DNA of 64,000 nucleotides, from the IMG/VR virus record IMGVR_UViG_3300042351_000809, one strand, 5' to 3'. The notes below the pieces were generated by a model. The model saw only the letters and a list, made by a program, of their open reading frames with translations, made no database searches and was not told the DNA's origin. Source of the stretch: a virus. The translations under genes were made by a program, and so were the position numbers. This document shows, piece after piece, positions 40,848 through 48,050 of this stretch (position 1 is its first letter; each line of letters opens with the position of its first letter).

Positions 40848-41021
40848 ATGAAATACAAAGTCGCGCTATACCAAGAGATTTATACTTATTTAGAAATTGA
40901 AGCTAAATCAGAAGATGAAGCAAGAGATTTAGTCTTAAGCGGAGAATTTGATGATGCTAACACTATTGATAACGAAGTAAAAGAGTCTGAAATCATTGGT
41001 TGTGAAGAAATTAAAGAATAA
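40848..41021 (+). CDS. Small acidic protein (MKYKVALYQE...EAKSEDEA)
   Basis: 57-aa ORF found by hand; fills the gap in the operon. Confidence 0.6.
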   Translation: MKYKVALYQEIYTYLEIEAKSEDEARDLVLSGEFDDANTIDNEVKESEIIGCEEIKE

Positions 41022-41022
41022 T

Positions 41023-41217
41023 ATGAAATCCCTCACACTTCAACAGATACAAGCTAACTTAAAAGAATGGATGGGTGATAGTATAAAGCCCGATACCAGA
41101 AGCGGAAAACTTGCAGAGCGTACTTACATAAAGGCTCTTTTAGATACAGGCGCAAAAGTTCCACCGATTTGCATTATACTACTACAGAGTGGGCGTAGTA
41201 TTGTAAACTTTAAATAA
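41023..41217 (+). CDS. Hypothetical protein
   Basis: Start MKSLT; terminator GCCCCAC-TTCG-GTGGGGT follows. Confidence 0.6.
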   Translation: MKSLTLQQIQANLKEWMGDSIKPDTRSGKLAERTYIKALLDTGAKVPPICIILLQSGRSIVNFK

Positions 41218-41328
41218 ATAACACGCCCCACTTCGGTGGGGTCTTAGAGTTGCAGACTTTGGGCACCCCGAATGACGCAACTCTTTTTTTTTGACTCTTT
41301 TTCCCACTCAGTGCTACTGTGTCCGCGT

Positions 41329-42201
41329 ATGAATAACACAGTTAAAAACGCTATCCGCCACCTCGTTTGCAAAGCCTACGACGCTTTTGCACAAAACAAA
41401 ACAGACATTGCCGTCACTTCTCTCCCCGGCTCTTCGTGGGAGTTTGAGAAATATGTGATAAATCACAAAGCTTATGGTGATACATTCGGGAATGTATATT
41501 CTCTTCAAATGTCACTCTTTGAATGTAACTCACAAGAATATCAAAGCAATCTTCGCCCCATTGCTACTATCTTTCCCCATAATAAGACAAGTGCCTACAT
41601 ACTTAACCACTCTGGCGTTACATACAAAAACGAATACATAAACGCCAATAGCGTTAAATCTCTCAAATCAAAGAACATTTTCGCATGGTTTGACTTCTGT
41701 GGTAACCCTACAGAACATAACCTTGATTTGATTAAAACAGCCAAAGACAAAACTGTTACTTTCATTTTTACTTTCAATACTCACTGGCGGTGTGATAGTA
41801 ACATTAGCCCGATTGTTATCAATACGGCTAACGAATATAACAAAGGATACGCTATTCAATGTTATCTGTTGACTCTGGCAATAGAGCTTGGTTTGTCACT
41901 AGTCTGGTCGTTTGAATATGTGTCAAATCAAAATCCCATGATGACTATCTGTGTCAGTAATGACATGAATGTTATCACAAATCGCTCTTTGCAGGTTAAA
42001 GACTTCATCACTCACGAAAAGAAAGACAATAAGGCTGGTGTTAATAAGACTAAATTGGTTCTCAATAAACGCGAATTGAGCGCCGTCTATGCGGATTTGA
42101 AAGAGCGCGTTAGTGATAAAGAGATCTGTGAGAAGCATAGTATTAGTACAGGCACACTTGCCGCTTGTAAAGCTTGGATGACTATGTGGAAAGCTTGGTA
42201 A
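41329..42201 (+). CDS. Hypothetical protein (AWFDFCG motif; possible methyltransferase-like fold with C-terminal HTH-like end)
   Basis: 290 aa; TTGACT-18-TACTGT-8-ATG; function tentative. Confidence 0.6.
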   Translation: MNNTVKNAIRHLVCKAYDAFAQNKTDIAVTSLPGSSWEFEKYVINHKAYGDTFGNVYSLQMSLFECNSQEYQSNLRPIATIFPHNKTSAYILNHSGVTYKNEYINANSVKSLKSKNIFAWFDFCGNPTEHNLDLIKTAKDKTVTFIFTFNTHWRCDSNISPIVINTANEYNKGYAIQCYLLTLAIELGLSLVWSFEYVSNQNPMMTICVSNDMNVITNRSLQVKDFITHEKKDNKAGVNKTKLVLNKRELSAVYADLKERVSDKEICEKHSISTGTLAACKAWMTMWKAW

Positions 42202-42214
42202 TACAATAACGACT

Positions 42215-42235
42215 GGGGGGCTTCGGCCCCCCTTT
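42215..42235 (+). terminator. Intrinsic terminator
   Basis: GGGGGG-CTTCGG-CCCCCC-TTT. Confidence 0.8.
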
Positions 42236-42346
42236 AGAGTTGCGAGAGTTGGGCACCCGGAATCCTGCAACTCTCTGGTTGTTTATAAACAAAAACCCCC
42301 TAGTGTTAAACACTAGAGGGTGCTTTATTTGATATTTGATCTGTTA

Positions 42347-42541
42347 TTATTTAATGTTTTCGGTTTTATTATTAGTAAACCTATAGACTTTAAAACGAAT
42401 ATTATTAAGGTCTTTTCTAATCTTCGTCAATTCAGCACGAATCTTTTCGCGTCTGTTTAGCAATAACCTTACAGACTTTTTCATCTCCTTTAGGTTATTG
42501 AGTTTAGTTTGCAACTTAGCTATTTGCTTATCTTGTGTCAT
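42347..42541 (-). CDS. Basic coiled-coil hypothetical protein
   Basis: 64 aa; terminator at ~42291-42321. Confidence 0.55.
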   Translation of the reverse strand: MTQDKQIAKLQTKLNNLKEMKKSVRLLLNRREKIRAELTKIRKDLNNIRFKVYRFTNNKTENIK

Positions 42542-42600
42542 TTTTGTTTCCTTCTATTATTATTGTTAATAGCAATACTACCAATAGTAGTATAAGCATT

Positions 42601-43233
42601 TTAATGTAATTTATAACTAACGTTTGTCACTGATTTATCCCAACAGGCGCGGCAATTGAGACATTTATTATCTTGATTGGAGGCAGGACAATTGAATGTT
42701 TTATCTTTTGACACACCAGAAGTCGTTAATCCTAATATCTTAGCAATGCCACTAGGCGCATTGCCATTTATCATTAGGGAAGAAAGACGAATAGTGAGAT
42801 TGGAAGGAATATCACCAAATTGTTTCTTGTATTGAGTAACAAATGAATATTCCCTAGTCGGCAACCAGAATTTAATATGGGGAAGATTGATAGCGATCTG
42901 ACAAATCTTTGTCAAATGTTCTACAGATTGAATATCACCACTATCATGCCAACGAAAGAATCCACTCTTTTCTTTTGTAGCAATAGCAATAGTCATTGCT
43001 TCAACCCATTCGGGTTTATTAATAGAGTCAAATCGCTTTTGTAAAGCGTTTCTGACATTGGGCATATTATAGAAACCCTTTAATGCATAACACTTAGAGC
43101 AAACGCTATTCTTAATAGACACTAGCTTTCCGCCCGTTTTGCAGTACTTTGCCGGGATCGAATAGGAAAGACACGGCATTTTTGAGGGCGCAGAGAGTCC
43201 ACCAACGAGGTCAAGGGCAAGGTCAAGATTCAT
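42601..43233 (-). CDS. GP88-like Cys-rich protein
   Basis: C..G......SVC..CYA.KG, RWHDSGD, WLPTRE, C..CRACW motifs; start MNLDL after promoter. Confidence 0.7.
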   Translation of the reverse strand: MNLDLALDLVGGLSAPSKMPCLSYSIPAKYCKTGGKLVSIKNSVCSKCYALKGFYNMPNVRNALQKRFDSINKPEWVEAMTIAIATKEKSGFFRWHDSGDIQSVEHLTKICQIAINLPHIKFWLPTREYSFVTQYKKQFGDIPSNLTIRLSSLMINGNAPSGIAKILGLTTSGVSKDKTFNCPASNQDNKCLNCRACWDKSVTNVSYKLH

Positions 43234-43431
43234 CGTGGAAAGGTTAGCGCAAAGGGCAAACGGTGTCAACAGATTCGGTGCGATTTTCTTTGAGAGTTGC
43301 GCGATTCGGGGTCTCCATTTTCTGCAACTCTCTATGAGTATGTAGTTATATAACAATAAACCCCGATCTATCAAATCGGGGCTTATTTCGCTTATTTGTC
43401 TTTAATCTTGTTATTATTTAGAAACAAGCAC

Positions 43432-43629
43432 TTAAAGTATTTTATAATTAAAACTATTAACACACCAACCAGTTCTATCACTAATCATGTCAGCTAATTC
43501 ATCATCCAAAGCCCCTTCCATTATTATTAAAGAATTATCAATTTCAAACTCAAAAGAAGTTGGCAAGTTCTCTACCTTACCATCTTCTTCATCAATGTCA
43601 TAAGATATATCAAATACAGAGACTATCAT
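43432..43629 (-). CDS. Small acidic protein
   Basis: 65 aa, ISDRTGWCV..F motif. Confidence 0.6.
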   Translation of the reverse strand: MIVSVFDISYDIDEEDGKVENLPTSFEFEIDNSLIIMEGALDDELADMISDRTGWCVNSFNYKIL

Positions 43630-43738
43630 ATTAATATATTCTTATTTACTTAATTCTGATAAATAGATAGCCAAAGTAATTAAAACAACAGCAGGAATCA
43701 GATAAGTCAAAAACCTTTTGTACATATTTAATTGCATA

Positions 43739-44002
43739 TTAGTGAAAGAAGATTCGTGATTCGTCTTTGAAAGTTTTCTCTTTGCCAGCTTCGTCCCATT
43801 CGATACCGTATGTCAAACCTTCTTCGACATGATGTTTATGTAAATAATTGAAACCTTTGTATTGCTTTGCTTCCATCAGCAGGTCCGTCACGAAGAACTG
43901 GAGAGTTCTGCGCTGGATGATCGCTTCGTTTTTGCTGGTGCAAAAGAAGTGATTGGCTTTCAGTTTGACTGATTCAAGGCTAACCGTTTTACGTTTTGTC
44001 AT
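43739..44002 (-). CDS. Hypothetical protein
   Basis: TTGATT-16-TACTAT-7-ATG. Confidence 0.7.
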   Translation of the reverse strand: MTKRKTVSLESVKLKANHFFCTSKNEAIIQRRTLQFFVTDLLMEAKQYKGFNYLHKHHVEEGLTYGIEWDEAGKEKTFKDESRIFFH

Positions 44003-44147
44003 CGGGGAAATAGTAATTCATGCCCAGAGGAAATCAAAGGAAAAAGAGTTGCGAGAAGTGGGCACCCCGGATGGCGCAAGTCTTTGGAGACGCAAAAAGG
44101 GGCACCCCGTAGGATGCCCCGCGCTGGCCGTATTTGGCGATCTGGCG

Positions 44148-45008
44148 TTAGTTGCTGGCGAGCTTCTTGAACTCAGCCTCAATCAGGCTGGCCTTGTTCA
44201 GGGTGACCAAGGTGCCCCGGTTGATGCGTTGCGCCAGTTCGTAGGAGGTAGGCTCGACCTGATGGGAGGTGAACTGCGTCACGGCGTTGTACAGGCTCCA
44301 GAGGCTGCGGTTCTTGTCCTCGCGGTGCGTCGGATCATTCCAGATGATCTTGATTTTATCCACGTTGCGGTCAGCGATCACCTTGGCCTTGGTGAGCTTG
44401 TCGAGGATAATGTGGCCCTGCTCCTGCTTTATAGAGCGTTCAGCCAAGCGGCTGAAAACGGTGGTGCTTTCCTTGAAGCCCTCGACCGCGCCAGCCACAA
44501 CGTCCACAAGGCGGGAAACGTCGAGCTTGTCGGAGTGCTTCTGGGTGAGGCTGAACTCATCCTGAAGCGTCTTCAGGCCGTTGGTGCAAACGAGGCGAAG
44601 GATGCCCATCTCGAAAGAGACGCGACAGGTGCGGTCGAAGGAGTTGTTCAGGATCAGGCGCAAACCAAGGTCATCCCCAACCTTGGGGAGCTTCACCAGT
44701 TGGTTCTTGAAGTCATACTGGACGTACACCCGCGCACCGTCGCGCATGGAGTACTCCTTGCGGGTGAACTCGCCCAACTTGTTGTCCGCGAAAGCGGTTT
44801 CGACAGTATCCATCAGGGAGCGGTTCTGAACGAGAGTGTAGCGTTCAGTGCAAACCCCAAGCACCTGCTTGCTGTCGGTGCGGCGATTGGCGAGCCAACC
44901 AGAGGCTTCGCCATCAGGGGTGAGGAGCGGGACAGTCTCGACCGTGTAGTCGAGCAAGCTATCGGCGCGAGTGGTGGCAGTGGCGGGGGTGACGTTGATT
45001 TCGGTCAT
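44148..45008 (-). CDS. DUF932/DUF945-family protein (GC-rich)
   Basis: RTD...LG.....Y..VQN, NSFD, RLVCTNGL, H, SLWSLYNAVT motifs. Confidence 0.8.
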   Translation of the reverse strand: MTEINVTPATATTRADSLLDYTVETVPLLTPDGEASGWLANRRTDSKQVLGVCTERYTLVQNRSLMDTVETAFADNKLGEFTRKEYSMRDGARVYVQYDFKNQLVKLPKVGDDLGLRLILNNSFDRTCRVSFEMGILRLVCTNGLKTLQDEFSLTQKHSDKLDVSRLVDVVAGAVEGFKESTTVFSRLAERSIKQEQGHIILDKLTKAKVIADRNVDKIKIIWNDPTHREDKNRSLWSLYNAVTQFTSHQVEPTSYELAQRINRGTLVTLNKASLIEAEFKKLASN

Positions 45009-45330
45009 AAGTGCAGTGTTGATGTTAAGTGTTAACTGACGGACCAGAGGTTAGACGGCAATCAAATCAGGCGCAACTCCTTTTTCGCTTTTTCTTCAGA
45101 TTTTTTTCGACTGAGAGTTGCTGGCGGCGGGGTGCCCTTTTTCTGCAACTCTTAATAATAAATAATTCTTGACAAATCTATTCTCTTTCTATCTATCTCT
45201 CCCCCTATTAAAACACACCAATCTCTTATTTCGCTTATTTGCTGGTATTATTTCTAATATTTAAGAATAAAATTAACAATATTAGGTAATAAAAAAGCCC
45301 CCTTTATTTAGGAGGCTGGTGTTTATTATT

Positions 45331-45404
45331 TGGTTGGGGATGATGGAATCGAACCACCACAAAGAGCTTCAAAGACTCCTGCACTACCATTATGCAAATC
45401 CCCA
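45331..45404 (-). tRNA. tRNA-Gln(UUG)
   Basis: Cloverleaf, loop CT-TTG-AA, GGTTCGATTCC, CCA end. Confidence 0.9.
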
Positions 45405-45460
45405 GTAAAAGAAAAACCCACTAGTTATATTTAACTAATGGGCTGTTATTATTTGGCTTA

Positions 45461-45676
45461 TTACGCCTTAACGTACTTAATCTTGCCAGACTTAACAGAT
45501 AGGATCTTACTGACAGGTACACGACGATCAGCATCAGCATTCACATCATAAAAAGAAACAGTCTTATTAGATGCAGATAGGATCTGAGCGCAGAACGTGG
45601 TGTTCTCCTTCTTAGAACCAACAACTAGGGTAGTGAAACGACCGGCAGTATTATTTAGTGTATCAGTTAATGACAT
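45461..45676 (-). CDS. Hypothetical protein
   Basis: 71 aa; TTGTAC-18-TAGTAT-7-ATG. Confidence 0.65.
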   Translation of the reverse strand: MSLTDTLNNTAGRFTTLVVGSKKENTTFCAQILSASNKTVSFYDVNADADRRVPVSKILSVKSGKIKYVKA

Positions 45677-46290
45677 ACACTACATACTAGTCACCGGAGA
45701 GCTTTTTGTACAAAAAAAATAAAGAAATAACCAACAAAGCAAATCCTGCGGGAATCTTAATCATCACCAATCCAAACAAGAATAAAAAGAAGATAAAGAA
45801 GTAAGATTGATTTGTTTCGATTTCCATATAAGAGAAAGAAAAAATAAGTAGAAGGCCCCGATTTTATGAGTTACGGCGCAGGTTTCAATGAGGTACGAAT
45901 AACACAGCACAACATGACCAATTCTAGCAGACAATCTAGAATATACTCTTTACCTTTAATTTACTTCTACTTATTTAAAAGGGGTTAATTGCCACCGAAT
46001 AGTTGAGCTATCTCCCAACTCTCCAAACCATACTTGACGAATTGCTCTATGTCAAGCTCCTCATACCGGAAATACGATAGGGAATATTCTTCCCCCTCTT
46101 TCTTAATGAGAATCATGCTGTGCGGCGGGTAGAGTTGCATTTGATTTCTTTTCGATTTCAATTATTTCGCCGATTAGATCATAAAGTTTGTCACTAATAT
46201 TCCACAAGTTTTTAGTGGCATGGCGATTAATGAACTCCTGCACAATGAATAACTGCTCTTTTTGCATATTTACTAAGTGTTTGTTAAAGT

Positions 46291-46367
46291 TGGCGTCCTC
46301 GGCAGGATTTGAACCTGCGACCATCCGCTTAGAAGGCGGATGCTCTATCCAACTGAGCTACGAGGAC
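46291..46367 (-). tRNA. tRNA-Arg(UCU)
   Basis: Stem TCCGC/GCGGA, loop CT-TCT-AA, CCA end. Confidence 0.95.
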
Positions 46368-46573
46368 GTTAAATCTCACTAGAATCTTCTAGCAAGGAAA
46401 ATATTCGATGTTGGTTTACGGGAAAATCTTCAGTATTTTTATAATCTACAACACGATATCTTGCGTAGATCAACCCACTCACTCTCCACGACATTGATAC
46501 TTGCAATTATCAACTCTTTCTTCAGCATCATGAGCTTGCTGACATCGAATAAAATTATAAAAGAACTAAAATC

Positions 46574-46810
46574 GACCCATTGTTGTCGCAGTGTAAGGGG
46601 ACTTGAAACATTATCCCTTGGGCGCACTGTTTGTTCGCAGATCAGGTCACTCAGACGCTTGATATACCGGAAACTTCCAGCACCCCAAGCTACGTCTCGC
46701 TTGAACGACTGTCCTCATTGCTGCAAAAGTATTTGTGCAGTTTATACAGGATTTTCTGCACTAGCCTCTCTATCAGACTTTGTTAGCTGTCCAAAGCATC
46801 AAGCTGAGTC
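46574..46810 (-). ncRNA. Candidate structured ncRNA (~240 nt)
   Basis: Several helices and a crossing long-range pairing, between tRNAs; family not identified. Confidence 0.5.
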
Positions 46811-46822
46811 CTGTTGGCAAAT

Positions 46823-46910
46823 TGGTGCCACGGGCCGGACTTGAACCGGCACGACCTGTTAGGATCTAGAGATTTTAAGTCTCTTGTGTCTGCCATTTCA
46901 CCACCGTGGC
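46823..46910 (-). tRNA. tRNA-Leu(UAA)
   Basis: Loop CT-TAA-AA, long variable arm, CCA end. Confidence 0.95.
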
Positions 46911-46915
46911 GTATC

Positions 46916-46991
46916 TGGTAGTCTCGGTAGGATTTGAACCCACAGCCTAGCGGTTATATGCCGCTTGCTCTAACCGTTGAGCTACGAGACC
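46916..46991 (-). tRNA. tRNA-Ile(UAU), non-canonical A33
   Basis: Stem AGCGG/CCGCT, loop CA-TAT-AA, CCA end. Confidence 0.85.
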
Positions 46992-47014
46992 ATCAAATTT
47001 AAAAGAACAAAAGC

Positions 47015-47091
47015 TGGTGGGCCAAACCGGACTTGAACCGATAACCAAGGAATTATGAGTTCCCTGCTCTAACCAATTGAGCTACTGGCCC
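47015..47091 (-). tRNA. tRNA(CAU), probably Ile2 (lysidine) rather than Met
   Basis: Loop CT-CAT-AA; acceptor GGGCC with C4-G69/C5-G68, the TilS determinants. Confidence 0.8.
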
Positions 47092-47339
47092 GAATAAGTA
47101 AGATGCAATTCCAATTGCTTTCAAAATCAAGATGTGATCCATAATGATTTCTACTATCTTACTTAAAAATAGAGTAAAGTGTAATTCCAATTACTTCGAA
47201 TTTTATCTTATATCGCTCTAAGATAAAGTCTACTTCTTTACTCAAATTAATTGAGCGGGAAGGAAACTATTTCCTTAATTAAATCTAACACACATTAGAT
47301 CTAACTGACTCCGCCGCTCAAAATGATAAAGAACGAAAA

Positions 47340-47415
47340 TGGTGCATCCAGTGAGACTTGAACTCACAACCCTCGGCTTAAAAGGCCGATGCTACTACCG
47401 TTGAGCTATGGATGC
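47340..47415 (-). tRNA. tRNA-Lys(UUU)
   Basis: Stem TCGGC/GCCGA, loop CT-TTT-AA, CCA end. Confidence 0.95.
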
Positions 47416-47432
47416 ATCTAAAGAACATTTAA

Positions 47433-47461
47433 ACCTTAACCCGTCTGAGCCTCACTGTCAA
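47433..47461 (-). promoter_or_regulatory. sigma70-type promoter for tRNA operon, inside 3' end of HNH gene
   Basis: TTGACA-17-TAAGGT-6-GTTCTTT. Confidence 0.7.
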
Positions 47462-47840
47462 CCGCTTTTTTCTTTTTTCTGAAGGCTTTCATGTACTCAG
47501 ATTTTGCCTTCTTGCATGTCTTACATTTACAATATCTGTAACTTGATAATGTACCGTGCGTAATCTTAGCCGAAACTCGACCCATGTCAAGCAAAGTTTT
47601 TTCTTCGTGACATTTTTTGCACAGTAATTGACATTTGCTAATTTCTAAATCAAAAACTTCTTTTTTGCTATTCCACAAATGGGCAATAGTAAAATTTTTT
47701 GTTTCTGGATTTATATGGTCAAGTTGTAAATCTTCAATAGAATTACATTTAATACATTTTCCTCCTAATTTATTTCTAGCTTCGCTCATTCTTTTGTGAT
47801 AACGAAGCCGCATGTAATCTTTCATGTATGAATTAGTCAT
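47436..47840 (-). CDS. HNH endonuclease within tRNA cluster
   Basis: C..C.S...LQLDHINP...KCQLLC..CH..K. Confidence 0.85.
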   Translation of the reverse strand: MTNSYMKDYMRLRYHKRMSEARNKLGGKCIKCNSIEDLQLDHINPETKNFTIAHLWNSKKEVFDLEISKCQLLCKKCHEEKTLLDMGRVSAKITHGTLSSYRYCKCKTCKKAKSEYMKAFRKKKKAVDSEAQTG

Positions 47841-47942
47841 ACATAATATTACACTAAAAATAAGCTGCTCTACATTATTTTAAAGAACAGGGACAATTTA
47901 CACCGTCCTACACTTTCGTCAACCCTTTTTCGAAAGTTTTTT

Positions 47943-48017
47943 TGGCTCTAGGGGAGGGACTCGAACCCCCAACCAACGCATTAACAGTGCGCCGCGCTAC
48001 CATTGCGCCACCCTAGA
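47943..48017 (-). tRNA. tRNA-Asn(GUU)
   Basis: Loop CT-GTT-AA, GGTTCGAGTCC, CCA end; promoter TTGACG-17-TAGGGT at 48026-48054. Confidence 0.95.
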
Positions 48018-48050
48018 ACACAAGCACCCTACACCATACATCATACCCCG

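Larger units (their letters stand above)
34227..45152. repeat. Array of 15 dispersed 39-bp dyad elements AGAGTTGC-N7-(GGGCACCCC)-N7-GCAACTCT
   Basis: Copies start at 34227, 34775, 35875, 36559, 37127, 37497, 38034, 38432, 38922, 40003, 41246, 42236, 43293, 44045, 45114; all 39 bp and intergenic once gene starts are placed after the promoters. Confidence 0.95.

Noticed and set aside
43953-45035. 360-aa plus-strand ORF
   Set aside because: Antisense shadow of the GC-rich DUF932 gene; crosses an element and a terminator; no recognisable motif.
34227-45152. 39-bp repeats as a CRISPR array
   Set aside because: Intervals are 330-1200 bp, contain whole genes, the repeats vary internally, and no cas genes are present.
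34227-45152. Classical integron attC sites
   Set aside because: No RYYYAAC...GTTRRRY boxes, cassettes carry their own promoters in both orientations, and no IntI gene is in the window.
34227-45152. 39-bp element as a simple intrinsic terminator or CIRCE operator
   Set aside because: Separate canonical terminators lie beside it; its fixed length with poorly pairing N7 segments suggests dsDNA recognition; CIRCE is TTAGCACTC-N9-GAGTGCTAA.
46574-46810. RNase P RNA, tmRNA or group I intron
   Set aside because: GAGGACAGTCG only loosely resembles the RNase P GAGGAAAGUCC and has no matching P4 partner; no tRNA-like ends, tag frame or interrupted host gene found.
46461-46844. 127-aa plus-strand ORF in the tRNA locus
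   Set aside because: Overlaps tRNA-Leu antisense and the structured-RNA candidates; no recognisable motif.
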